Shown here: piece after piece, positions 11,701 to 23,280 of the stretch
How positions within the stretch are numbered: the stretch's first letter is position 1
How the letters are laid out: each line of letters begins with the position of its first letter
Assembly: GCA_002104945.1 (NCBI GenBank)
Contig: MCFH01000036.1
Location: 372,001 to 436,000, forward strand
Origin: Piromyces finnis finn
Lineage: Eukaryota > Fungi > Neocallimastigomycota
DNA: 64,000 nt
Reading direction: 5' to 3'
The notes under the pieces: model-generated
Databases searched by the model: none
What the model was told of the DNA's origin: nothing
The model's input: the letters and a program-made list of their open reading frames with translations, nothing else
Program-made: the position numbers and the translations under genes

Positions 11701-13305
11701 TGTGCTCCAACAAGAGGATGCTTAAAAAAGATGCTTAGAAGAGTTAATGAATGGGCACTGTATAATGAAATGGAATTTGGTATCCAGAAATGTTCAACGA
11801 TGGTGATTCGTCCTGAATCAATAGAAAATCAGAACAAGAGAGATCCAACATTTTACTTAGCAGGACAACCCATTCCAACTACTGATTGCTATACTTATCT
11901 TGGTGTTCCATTTGATAAGAATCTGTCCCTTAAACCAGTAATTAAAGCTCTTAATAACAAGGTTTTGAAAGGACTTTTCTCAGTCAGTAAATTCTTAAGA
12001 AATCCTAATATTCCTATTCCTTTCAAAAAACTAGTACTTAACTCACAAGTGATTAGCAGAGTTTCATACTTTGCACCATTACTTGGATCCAACAAAGCTA
12101 GGTCTAGGATTGCTCAGAAGCATGTTAACAAAGGAATACGATGGGTTGCCGGAGTTCATAAAGCTGTATCGTTTATATCTTTATACTCTATCTCAAAAGA
12201 TTTGAATATTCCTCCATTGTCAGCCAAATGTGCGTTAGCTCAGGTTAGATGTTTTAACAAATGGAAAAACTCAAATTGTATTATCTCACACCTTGTCAAT
12301 TACATTCCTAAATTTAGAAAATACACGTGGTGCAAATCAAGTAGGACACTTGATAAAAAATTAAAGAAACATGGAGATGTTAAAGCAGTTAAAAACTTTT
12401 ATTGGAAAGATCTCAAAGGGAATTCAATCAAAGCGCAATATTATGATGATAATAAATTTATTGAAACTAAAGATTTTATTAAATTATGTTATGAGTACCC
12501 AGAGTTTGCCTATGGCTTCTACTGGCTATTGAAAGCAAGAAGCGGATACAAGTTGGATGCTAGAGTTGCCAAAGCTGCCAAATTTGTTGATCCAGTTTGT
12601 CCTAACTACTGTCCATGTTGCAAGTGTGGAGATCAAAGTATTAAACATTGGTTATTAGATTGTCCAACATTTAGAGATATCCGTATTAAACATTATGATT
12701 CCATAGTCCAGCTATTAAATTTTTTCAGTCAACGTAATTCCAATAGTCCTATCAATAATAATGAAATTGATAATATCAGTAGAGATAGTAATAACATTAA
12801 TAGTAATAGTAACAATAGTAGTAATAACAATAGTAATAGTAACAATAGTAATAGTAACAATAGTAATAATAACAATAATAGAAATAATAATATTAGTAAT
12901 GATAGCAATAGTGAAGATAATAATTCTAATTTAGATAGTAATTTAGTTAATGATAGTAATAGTTCTAATAATCCGGTGAATATTAATGTGTATGATTATT
13001 CTAGTGTGTGCAGTAAAATATTTAAATTCCTTCTTGGGGGAAGAAGTTTTAACAATATCAATTACAATTCAAGGGAATGGAAAGAACTTTGTAAGCGTCA
13101 GATTCAATCTGGTACTAATGAAGGAGCACCATTCTTGACGGTAACCGCGGAACTTCTAACCAAAATCATGCCTTTTGCTATTGGCCAGCAATGGTCAATG
13201 TTCAAAAGGTTTGAAGCAACATCCAAGAGCGTCAATGCTGAAGAAACAGTAAGACAGGCCAGGAGGGCCAGCGCAACCAATGGAGATCATAATTTTGTTC
13301 CATGA
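8782..13305 (+). CDS. LINE polyprotein: N-terminal basic domain, Q/S-rich linker, APE endonuclease, reverse transcriptase, C-terminal Cys/His zinc-binding motif
   Basis: APE motifs SWNTNG, CFQETG, VGDFN, IDH, SDHKP. RT motifs SGPDGIP, IPKKGD, YRGISL, QFGFR, FLDLRKAYDSV, GVRQGCPLSP, LFADD, YTYLG. C-terminal CPCCKC..SIKHWLLDC. No RNase H or integrase motifs seen. Confidence 0.95.
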   Translation: MSVLYIKDKNYIRRGTRSYGIPLDDIRSFFIRGIRSWSVNMLWEKLEVILEDKFNSVISVKYFQTFNDHFFLVKVHGSSKDCIKILHMLKKKLSVTSISFSARSRRNHKYTFSTLKRKILVSNKHQHSIQQSFQQSVQQSHQQSDLQQDLQQDLQQVSHHENIPDLQQTQFQSQHSTINSNSSINSDNSSIVDSSSVSQPSSNSSTYSSDASSINNDDFNNNNNSNDSSSSNKPDNFSFCLSWNTNGWNHEKRDSISYFTAIFKPLFLCFQETGNGSGSNTDYPCRVTLRNYRHFFKKADESVPGMRGLYLGFHNSCQASLENFSGKYIISIYTFSLWNRFKCSIGNVYMPHSHHNIYVDHAKLEVRLWLQTHSSHPSILVGDFNMSKVKLSNWLSTNGLGDWEILPLRGSTISWTRGDQSSDIDHALINSKMKDLIHSGSFINNFYPVSDHKPLLINGKIIPMEDFSNDFNVPKKILKWNRLKCTEEKESILSHNKFQILSAKFNDPNASTDELSKEFTSTAFSIADELSITSANNVIKSSFHISQQIFNLQKIKMKLYKRFKKERIYDIDEFIKRIKIYRKLIDYIHKRCNEFRKQEYLHWIKTGCEYMKSHNPKKAWKWIKKTAKIGKDSFFIAQPIKNKNGELVVATEEQLDVWHDHFENLASDPSGVSLDLEHWYEEPTNKRFSLPMLDEWDINQDISIDEVKSAILSTPNYKASGPDGIPIEFYKALIPSSNDSNNATDNNSSGNTTSDNDAHGLNFILKLFNRIWDGDFPNSWNESSIVSIPKKGDLTDCDNYRGISLINNGIKLISKIVTTRISEYGLKNNFIRPEQFGFRKKEESISLFISIQEICRRRQLDNKETYLAFLDLRKAYDSVPIGNILHKLDCLGIRGKSLQFIKNLYLTSKANVKLDGQFSKSFDVKKGVRQGCPLSPILFNLFINDIFRECEDLGVSLGDTRCCGGLFADDIVICAPTRGCLKKMLRRVNEWALYNEMEFGIQKCSTMVIRPESIENQNKRDPTFYLAGQPIPTTDCYTYLGVPFDKNLSLKPVIKALNNKVLKGLFSVSKFLRNPNIPIPFKKLVLNSQVISRVSYFAPLLGSNKARSRIAQKHVNKGIRWVAGVHKAVSFISLYSISKDLNIPPLSAKCALAQVRCFNKWKNSNCIISHLVNYIPKFRKYTWCKSSRTLDKKLKKHGDVKAVKNFYWKDLKGNSIKAQYYDDNKFIETKDFIKLCYEYPEFAYGFYWLLKARSGYKLDARVAKAAKFVDPVCPNYCPCCKCGDQSIKHWLLDCPTFRDIRIKHYDSIVQLLNFFSQRNSNSPINNNEIDNISRDSNNINSNSNNSSNNNSNSNNSNSNNSNNNNNRNNNISNDSNSEDNNSNLDSNLVNDSNSSNNPVNINVYDYSSVCSKIFKFLLGGRSFNNINYNSREWKELCKRQIQSGTNEGAPFLTVTAELLTKIMPFAIGQQWSMFKRFEATSKSVNAEETVRQARRASATNGDHNFVP

Positions 13306-13538
13306 CAAAATTTTGATCTTTGGCTCGGTGTCCCATTGGAAGTCAAATACAATTATTATACTTTAGTATGATAGTGGCTTTCTTACTTTAATTAAAATTA
13401 CTAGAATACATTATACCCAATTTTTATTCATTTGTGTTTATTTAAACATATTTTTTTTATTTTTATTATTTTTAATTATTTATTACATGTATTATAATTT
13501 TAATTAAATTAATAATAAAGTTTAAAATATTTGATGCC

Positions 13539-13576
<38 letters not shown>

Positions 13577-13579
<3 letters not shown>

Positions 13580-13589
13580 CCTCTTGGAA
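13577..13589 (+). repeat. Inner target-site duplication TACCCTCTTGGAA (partner at 7877-7889)
   Basis: Exact 13-bp direct repeat; the right copy directly follows the poly(A) of copy 1 and is also the 5' end of copy 2. Confidence 0.8.
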
Positions 13590-14346
13590 ACGTGCCTTCA
13601 TTTATTTAATAAATGTAGTTTCTCTAGGGGGTCTACTCATGCTCATGGTACTGAGAGAGTAGAAAGAATTAAATCCAAGTATTGCGCAATGGATGCTTGG
13701 TTAGTCTTTAAGGGAAAATTATTAGGACTAAGCTCATGGTACTGAGCGATTAAAAAACATTTATCCATCGAATTTAAGTATTTGATGAATAAGTTGAATG
13801 TTTGATATTCAGGTAAGTTTGTATAGTATTTAATTAGAAGAGTAATACATTTTGTTGCTGTATTTTTTCTTTTATTCATGTATTCTTGTAGTACTACTCT
13901 TCTCTTGTAAGAATCCAATGTAGTCAACTTTAGCATTTGCATTGTATTTTTATATTCATGTAGCTATTGTTGTATTGTTTCTTGTAAGAGACTGATTCAC
14001 TCTACATCATGTAAAAATACTATTCACAAGCTTTCTGGTGTCGACATTCTTGATTCAAATTTTTACCAATTTAAATATTTAATGAAAAGTAAAGTCAAAC
14101 AAGTTTAGTGTCAAAAAGCGAATCAAATTTACTAACAACAAACCAAAACTAGAATTTTTAAAGAAAATTTACAACTAGAATTCAAAAAAGAAACTTTAAA
14201 CAAAGCATCGTAACAATTTTTGTACTATCCAGCCAGTACTTTTAAGAAGAGAGAGAGAGACAGATTTTTTTCCATATACGTTATATTTATAATTTTTATT
14301 AGTATTTATTTTATATTCAATATTTTTTTAATTAGAATTTATTATC

Positions 14347-17300
14347 ATGTCAGTCCTTTATATTAAAGATAAGAATTATATCAGACGTGGTACCCGGTCT
14401 CATGGTATCCCCTTAGATGATATTCGCTCCTTCTTTATCCGTGGTATTCGATCATGGTCAGTAAATATGCTATGGGAAAAACTCGAGGTTATTCTAGAAG
14501 ATAAATTTAATTCAGTTATTAGTGTTAAATATTTTCAAACTTTCAATGATCACTTTTTCTTAGTCAAGGTTCATGGTTCATCGAAAGATTGTATTAAAAT
14601 CTTACACATGTTAAAGAAGAAACTTTCAGTTACCTCAATTTCCTTTTCAGCTCGTAGTAGAAGGAATCACAAATACACTTTTTCCACACTCAAACGTAAA
14701 ATTTTAGTTTCTAATAAACATCAACTTTCAATTCAACAATCACTTCAACAATCAGTTCAACAATCTCATCAACAATCCGATCTTCAACAAGATCTTCAAC
14801 AGGATCTTCAACAAGTTTCCCATCATGAAAATATTCCAGATCTACAGCAAACACAATTTCAATCTCAACATTCAACAATTAATTCTAATAGCTCTATCAA
14901 CTCTGCTAACAGTTCAATAGTTGATAGTTCTTCAGTTTCACAGCCATCTAGTAATAGTTCTACTTATTCCTCTGATGCATCATCCATTAATAATGATGAC
15001 CTTGATAATAATAATAATAGCAACGATTCTTCCTCATCCAACAAGCCTGATAACTTTTCTTTTTGTCTTAGTTGGAACACCAATGGGTGGAATCACGAAA
15101 AGAGAGATAGTATTAGCTATTTCACAGCTATTTTCAAACCATTATTTTTATGTTTCCAAGAAACTGGTAATGGTTCTGGTTCGAATACAGATTATCCTTG
15201 TCGTGTTACTTTGCGAAACTATAGACACTTTTTCAAGAAAGCTGACGAATCAGTTCCAGGAATGAGAGGTTTATATTTAGGTTTTCACAATTCGTGTCAA
15301 GCCTCACTTGAAAACTTCTCTGGAAAGTATATTATTTCTATTTATACTTTTAGTCTCTGGAATAGATTCAAATGCTCGATTGGAAATGTTTATATGCCTC
15401 ATAGTCATCACAACATCTATGTTGATCATGCAAAGTTAGAAGTTCGCTTGTGGTTACAAACTCATTCATCCCATCCATCGATTCTTGTTGGTGATTTTAA
15501 TATGTCTAAAGTAAAATTATCCAACTGGTTATCAACTAATGGATTAGGAGATTGGGAAATTCTTCCGCTTAGAGGGTCGACTATCTCTTGGACTCGAGGT
15601 GATCAATCTTCCGACATTGACCATGCTCTTATCAATTCGAAGATGAAAGATCTTATTCACTCAGGATCATTTATAAATAATTTTTATCCTGTATCAGACC
15701 ATAAGCCACTTCTTATTAATGGTAAAATTATTCCTATGGAAGGTTTTTCTAATGACTTTAATGTTCCTAAGAAAATTCTGAAATGGAATAGATTAAAATG
15801 TATTGAGGAAAAGGAATCTATTCTCAGTCATAATAAATTCCAAATACTTTCAGCAAAATTCAACGATCCTAATGTTTCTACAGATGAACTTTCCAAAGAG
15901 TTTACTTCAACTGCTTTTTCAATTGCAGACGAGCTCAGTATTACCTCAGCTAATAATGTTATAAAGTCTTCATTTCATATTTCACAACAAATTTTTAATC
16001 TTCAAAAAATCAAAATGAAGTTGTATAAGAGATTTAAAAAAGAAAGAATTTATGATATAGATGAATTTATTAAAAGAATTAAAATCTACCGTAAGCTCAT
16101 TGATTACATCCACAAAAGATGTAATGAATTTAGGAAGCAAGAATATCTTCATTGGATTAAAACAGGATGTGAGTATATGAAGAGTCATAATCCTAAGAAG
16201 GCCTGGAAATGGATCAAGAAAACTGCAAAAATTGGAAAAGATTCTTTCTTTATTGCTCAACCAATTAAAAACAAAAATGGAGAATTAGTTGTTGCTACAG
16301 AAGAACAACTTGAAGTGTGGCATGATCATTTCGAAAACCTTGCATCAGATCCAAGTGGTGTAAGTCTTGATTTGGAGCATTGGTATGAAGAACCAACGAA
16401 TAAACGTTTTTCACTTCCTATGCTTGATGAATGGGATATCAACCAAGATATTATTATTGATGAAGTCAAGTCAGCTATCCTCTCTACTCCAAATTATAAA
16501 GCATCAGGTCCAGATGGTATTCCAATTGAATTTTACAAAGCATTAATTCCATCAAGTAATGATTCTAATAATGCTACAGGTAATAATTCTTCTGGTAATA
16601 CTACTTCAGATAATGATGCTCATGGTTTAAATTTTATTCTTAAATTATTTAACCGTATTTGGGATGGAGATTTCCCCAACTCATGGAATGAATCCAGTAT
16701 TGTTTCTATTCCTAAGAAGGGAGATTTGACAGATTGTGATAACTATCGAGGTATATCACTTATCAATAATGGTATTAAGTTGATTTCCAAAATTGTCACC
16801 ACTAGAATTTCAGAATATGGTCTAAAGAATAATTTCATTAGACCTGAACAATTTGGTTTTCGAAAAAAGGAAGAAAGTATCAGTCTTTTCATTTCAATCC
16901 AAGAAATATGCCGTAGACGTCAATTAGATAATAAAGAGACATATTTGGCCTTTTTTGATCTCAGGAAAGCATACGATTCAGTCCCAATCGGTAATATTCT
17001 CCATAAATTAGATTGTTTAGGAATCCGAGGTAAGAGTTTACAATTTATCAAAAATTTATATTTAACATCTAAGGCTAATGTCAAATTAGATGGACAATTC
17101 TCGAAATCTTTTGATGTGAAGAAAGGAGTCCGTCAAGGTTGCCCTCTTTCTCCTATTCTCTTTAATCTCTTTATTAATGATATATTTAAAGAGTGAAGAT
17201 CTAGGAGTCAGTTTAGGTGACACTCGATGCTGTGGTGGACTTTTTGCAGATGATATAGTTATTTGTGCTCCAACAAGAGGATACTTAAAAAAGATGCTTA

Positions 17301-18874
17301 GAAGAGTTAATGAATGGGCCTTGTATAATGAAATGGAATTTGGTATCCAGAAATGTTCAACGATGGTGATTCGTCCTGAATCAATAGAAAATCAGAACAA
17401 GAGAGATCCAACATTTTACTTAGCAGGACAACCCATTCCAACTACTGATTGTTATACTTATCTTGGTGTTCCATTTGATAAGAATCTGTCCCTTAAACCA
17501 GTAATTAAAGCTCTTAATAACAAGGTTTTGAAAGGACTTTTCTCAGTCAGTAAATTCTTAAGAAATCCTAATATTCCTATTCCTTTCAAAAAGCTAGTAC
17601 TTAACTCACAAGTGATTAGCAGAGTTTCATACTTTGCACCATTACTTGGATCCAACAAAGCTAGGTCTAGGATTGCTCAGAAGCATGTTAACAAAGGAAT
17701 ACGATGGATTGCCGGAGTTCATAAAGCTGTATCGTTTATATCTTTATACTCTATCTCAAAAGATTTGAATATTCCTCCATTGTCAGCCAAATGTGCTTTA
17801 GCTCAGGTTAGATGTTTTAACAAATGGAAAAACTCAAATTGTATTATCTCACACCTTGTCAATTACATTCCTAAATTTAGAAAATACACGTGGTGCAAAT
17901 CACTTGATAAAAAATTAAAGAAACATGGAGATGTTAAAGCAGTTAAAAACTTTTATTGGAAAGATCTCAAAGGGAATTCAATCAAAGCGCAATATTATGA
18001 TGATAATAAATTTATTGAAACTAAAGATTTTATCAAATTATGTTATGAATACCCAGAGTTTGCCTATGGCTTCTACTGGCTATTGAAAGCAAGAAGCGGA
18101 TACAAGTTGGATGCTAGAGTTGCCAAAGCTGCTAAATTTGTTGATCCAGTTTGTCCTAACTACTGTCCATGTTGCAAGTGTGGTGTTCAAAGTATTAAAC
18201 ATTGGTTATTAGATTGTCCAACATTTAGAGATATCCGTATTAAACATTATGATTCCATAGTCCAGCTACTAAATTTTTTCAGTCAATGTAATTCCAATAG
18301 TCCTATCAATAATAATGAAATTGATAATATCAGTAGAGATAGCAATAACAGTAATAGTAATAGTAACAATAATAATAATAACAATAGTAATAATAACAAT
18401 AGTAGTAATAGTAATAATAGAAATAGTAATAATAACAATAGTAGTAATAGAAATAATAATATTAATAATGATAGCAATAGTGAAGATAATAATTCTAATT
18501 TAGATAGTAATTTAGTTAATGATAGTAATAGTTCTAATAATCCGGTGAATATTAATGTGTATGATTATTCTAGTGTGTGCAGTAAAATATTTAAATTCCT
18601 TCTTGGGGGAAGAAGTTTTAACAATATTAATTACAATTCAAGGGAATGGAAAGAACTTTGTAAGCGTCAGATTCAATCTGGTACTAACGAAGGAACACCA
18701 TTCTTGACGGTAACCGCGGAACTTCTAACCAAAATCATGCCTTTTGCTATTGGCCAGCAATGGACAATGTTCAAAAGGTTTGAAGCAACATCCAAGAGCG
18801 TCAATGCTGAAGAAACAGTAAGACAGGCCAGGAGGGCCAGCGCAACCAATGGAGATCATAATTTTGTTCCATGA
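14347..18874 (+). pseudogene. Disrupted LINE polyprotein (split into ORFs 14347..17196 and 17177..18874)
   Basis: GAGTGCGAAGAT in copy 1 reads GAGTGAAGAT here: a 2-nt deletion at ~17194, between GVRQGCPLSP and LFADD. There is also an in-frame 9-nt deletion (SRT lost, ~17901). Confidence 0.85.
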
Positions 18875-19111
18875 CAAAATTTTGATCTTTGGCTCGGTGT
18901 CCCATTGGAAGTCAAATACAATTATTATACTTTAGTATGATAGTGGCTTTCTTACTTTAATTAAAATTACTAGAATACATTATACCCAATTTTTATTCAT
19001 TTGTGTTTATTTAAACATATTTTTTTTATTTTTATTTTTATTTTTTAATTTTTTATTACATGTATTATAATTTTAATTAAATTAATAATAAAGTTTATAA
19101 TATTTGATGCC

Positions 19112-19145
<34 letters not shown>

Positions 19146-19217
19146 CGTGAGCTAATCAATTATATCCATAAAAGATATAATGAGTATAGGAAACAAGAAT
19201 ATCTTTATTAGATTAAA

Positions 19218-19512
19218 ACAATATCAATTATAATTCAAGGGAATGGGAAGAACTTTGCAAGTGCCAGATTCGATCGGACACTTATGAAGGAATATCATTC
19301 TTGACGGGTAACAGCGGAACTTCTAACCAAAATCATTCCTTTTGTTATTGACCAGCAATAGTCAATGTTCAAAAGGTTTGAAACAACATCCAAGAGCGTC
19401 AATGCTGAAGAAACAGTAAGACAGGCCAGGAGGGTCAGCACAACCAATGGAGATCATAATTTTGTCCCATGATAAAATTTTGATCTTTGATGCTGTTTAA
19501 AAAAAAAAAAAA
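19218..19512 (+). mobile_element. 5'-truncated, diverged relic of the same LINE family (copy 3)
   Basis: Matches the last ~260 nt of the ORF (..TCCAAGAGCGTCAATGCTGAAGAAACAGTAAGACAGGCCAGG..) with stops and indels, followed by a shortened 3'UTR and a 14-nt poly(A). Confidence 0.9.
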
Positions 19513-19530
19513 CTTAAGATTAAAGGATTA

Positions 19531-19571
<41 letters not shown>

Positions 19572-20299
19572 CAATTAGCAGAAAAGAAAATTCAAAGAAA
19601 AATTTAACTTTAGGAAAGTTTATAATTTGATTCCAATTTTTAATATTCCTTACCAAACTCAACAACTTTGGGATTTTTTATTCTTTGAAAAGGAATATAG
19701 TTTTCAATGATAAATATTTTAAAAAGACTTTTACAATTTATTATAGAGCATATATTAATAATATCCATTTATTATCAATCCATATTGTTTAACTCTTTTT
19801 TTTTTTTTTTTTATTATATGTTTTAATTTTTTTTTTCTTTGGGAGGGTATTATTTTTTAATTATATTTTTAATTTTTCTTATTCATTTCTTCGTAGTGTT
19901 TTTTTTTTTTTTTTTTTTTTTTAATTTATTTTTTAGCTATTCCTAAAGCTATTAATTATTTCTTTTACATATATATTATTAATGAATTATTTTTATATAT
20001 GTCTATCTAATTATCTAATTCATCAATACGATACAATAGGTTATTTAAAAATTTAAATGCCTATAATATATATAATATGAATATTGATTTGTAAATATTT
20101 TATTTTTAGGATTTTAATTATATATAATAAATTATGATATAATTATGTAATATCTATAATTTTTATGAGATATTGTTACATAAAAACGTTTTATAATAAT
20201 ATTTTATAATAAATATATGATTTTTTTTTTGAATAAGTAAATAACTTTTTCTTAAAAGTCATATTTACTTTAATTATTTACAATTGTACTTTGATCATC

Positions 20300-23050
20300 A
20301 CTAACTTTTTGAAAAAAGGAAATATTTTTTTTAGATACTTCAAATAATCTTTTTGTATCTGGACAGAATGATTTTGCCCTAACAATAAGAGTATAGTGTT
20401 AATGAACAGGATAAAAATGATTTGACTAATTTATCTGTAGCAATTAAATCATTTTTTACACTCATAATAATACAATAAATGGTATACATTGAGAAATACC
20501 ATATTGAATACCTTTACCATTAATTACACGTTTTCTATTTTCTTTAATGAGTTTACTATAATAAAGTTGACTACATTGCTTTTCTAAATTACGAGCTTTT
20601 ATAGTATTTATATTATTTGATGACACAACAACAATTTCAGCACTCTTTAACTTATAATAACGTATATTCCTACAATTGCAATAATTATAATTAAAAGACC
20701 TAATACAACAAGACAAGTCTAAAGAATTTACAAATACTAAGGTAAAACCAACAATGAGAGAAGTTATGACTTCTAATATAAAACCAATGTATATACTAAA
20801 TCCTTGAACTACTGAAGAATCTTTAAGGTATTGAATCGTATTATTATCTTTGTCATTTGATGCAAAAAGAAAATATTTTTTCTCTAAAAATATAGGTTAC
20901 ATTTTCCCCAGAAAAAGAATGTCCACTAAATTGTAAAGTATAGAATACAAAACTACCGGGACCAAGACAAATGAATTTATTTATATTGTTATTATCATCT
21001 GTGGCAATTAAATATTTTGTAACTCATATAGGAAGGGTACAACCATTGAATACATTTCCTAACCAACCTACAAAATTATCAATAATATAATTTTATACAA
21101 TAGGTAAAGTAATGACTAAAAAGACTTTTTATTGGGATTGATTCGTCACTTAAATATTCATTATCTAAATATTCATGAATATCAGAAGATGTGTGACTCT
21201 TTATTTGAACGTTTTCTTGAAGCTATTGATTTTTTATTTCTTCATTATCCATTTCATACTTTGACTTATTTTCAGTTAATTCTTTTAATCTTTTTAAAAT
21301 TTTTCTTGAATTAACAATACCAATAATATGTCTAATTGAGGATAAAAGCATCATACTACCAATAGCCATATCACCAATAATATTTAAAATATCACCTCTT
21401 TTCATAATATAATTAGTTACATTTTTAAAGAATAAACCTACAAAGATGAATCCTACAGCAAGCACACCTCCAAATAAAATACCTTTTATGATAAATTTAT
21501 AAATTCCATAATTTCTGGTAGGCTTTAATAAATTCATAAAGATATCAATATGTTTTCTTTCAATATTCAATGAGAGATTATTGTTAATAATATTGAGAAT
21601 TTTTTTTGATGTATTCAATGGTAGAATCAAAAGCCTTTTTACTTTTTTTGTCGAAAAATTTAGTAAAACTAATTGAAATATCTTTTGTTTTATTGATCAT
21701 TTTTTTTGAACAGATTATAGTATATAGCATATAGTATTATAAATAATATAGAATAGTTAGTTTATTTATATTATTTGTATTATTTATATTATTTCATTAT
21801 ATATTATATTTAAAATATTAATATTTACCATCAATTATAAAGGCTATAATCACAGCAGCTAATAAAACTATATATATTAATGTTTAAAATAATTATTTAA
21901 AAATATTAATATTTTTTTATATATATTATGATAAAACTTTATCTCTAAAAATTTATTGATATGCATACTTTAGGATAATTTCCATTAACTTTTAAATGCA
22001 AAAATATAACGTATAATAAAAGTAGTGACATTTTTGAAAATTTTTCCAATACTAATCCCATTACTTTCACCAATTAACGCAATATCTTTATTTATGTTTA
22101 TTATTAATTCATCTATTTTTTCTTTATCTTTTTTCGTCAATATTTTAATTTAAAGAAGCTATTATGGTATATTAATAATTAATATTTAACACACTAATAA
22201 TATACTATTTCTATACTAATATTTATGCTATATAATAAAAAATATATATTTTGTATTTAATACAATACGAACCACTGTATAATTTTGAATGGAGTCTACT
22301 ACTAATACGAAAAGAACCATAATCTAAAGTAATATAGGCTATATATCCAGTTATTAATGCAATACCAGTAATAATAGCAAATTTATAGACAATACTGTAT
22401 AACTTATCCATTGAGTCATTAATCTTTTAATAAAAAATTAAATGGGAATTTATGATCATAATTTTAATTACTTTTATTATTATATACTATATAGTAAAGA
22501 GAGAAAAAAAAAAAAACTACACTTTCAAAGCTTAATTGGGCATTACTACTTTGAGTATTTCGCATATTAGAAATTATGGCTTCAATATTTATTTCTGGAT
22601 GCTTCATTATAAAATCAAGAATTTCGATAGGATTTCGTGTTTTAGCTATTTCCATTAATTACATAACAGTATTATCCTTTTATACAAAATAAGGAGAATA
22701 TAATTTAAAGATTAAAAATAATTTTTTAGTATAATTTTATAATAATAAAAATAAATATATAGAATTACATCCTTTATATTTAAGGTTGCCTTGACTTTTT
22801 TTATTAATTGTAACTGATAAAAGTGTATTTAATAGATCTCCTAATAAAGATAGTCTTGAGCATACATATATTAATTAGTTTATTTAATAATTATTTAATA
22901 TTTTTTAAAAAATAAAGAATAAGTAGTAATTACAAAAAAGGTAAAACAACATTCAAGCATTATGGAAAAAGTAATACCAATTAATACCAAAATTTTTTTT
23001 AGTTTCAGTACTTTTGATATTTTTAAAACTGTTTTCATTTTTAGCTATCA
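20300..23050 (-). pseudogene. Decayed full-size ABCB/MDR (P-glycoprotein-like) ABC transporter gene retaining TMD1 and TMD2 but lacking NBD1
   Basis: Manual translation gives collinear matches to ABCB segments: LIGITFSIMLECVLP (TM1), YSIVYKFAIITGIALITGYIAY (TM2), DELIININKDIALIGESNGISIGKIFKNVTTFI..WKL, LSLNIERKHIDIFMNLLKPTRNYGI, SDESIPIKSLF, FYTLQFSGHSFSGENVTYIFRE, DSSVVQG, NRKRVINGKGIQYGISQ, SFCPDTKR. Contains in-frame stops and frameshifts. Confidence 0.8.
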
Positions 23051-23280
23051 TTTCTATTTTATTTTTCGCTTTTTCATCTTTTTCTTTTTTTAATATAGTG
23101 TTTTTTATATATATTTTTTGTTTCGTTTTAATAAAAAAAGAGAAGAATTAAAACTATTTATATTCCTTTTAAAAAATCTGTTTGTTAGTAAATAACATTA
23201 TCCATTTTTTCATTTTTATAATTCATTTTTTTTTTAAGACTTCCATATATCCTCATCTAACCCATGAATTATATATGATA

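Larger units (their letters stand above)
7890..13576 (+). mobile_element. Full-length, apparently intact APE-type non-LTR retrotransposon (LINE), copy 1
   Basis: ~890-nt 5'UTR with two 124-bp monomers, one 1507-aa EN+RT ORF, ~235-nt 3'UTR with AATAAA, 35-nt poly(A) at 13542-13576, and a flanking 13-bp duplication TACCCTCTTGGAA (7877-7889 / 13577-13589). Confidence 0.95.
13577..19142 (+). mobile_element. Full-length LINE copy 2 (same family, frameshifted)
   Basis: Collinear and nearly identical to copy 1 over the UTRs and ORF; 28-nt poly(A) at 19115-19142 followed by the outer TSD. Confidence 0.95.

Noticed and set aside
17177-17200. Overlapping ORFs in copy 2 as a programmed frameshift or two-ORF organisation
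   Set aside because: Copy 1 is continuous here. The break is a 2-nt deletion inside the RT core with no slippery site; a mutation (or sequencing error) is more likely.
19533-19565. 33-nt poly(T) as the tail of an oppositely oriented retroelement
   Set aside because: The adjacent sequence does not match the LINE 3' end (GATGCCGTT), no TSD was found, and long homopolymers are common in this window.
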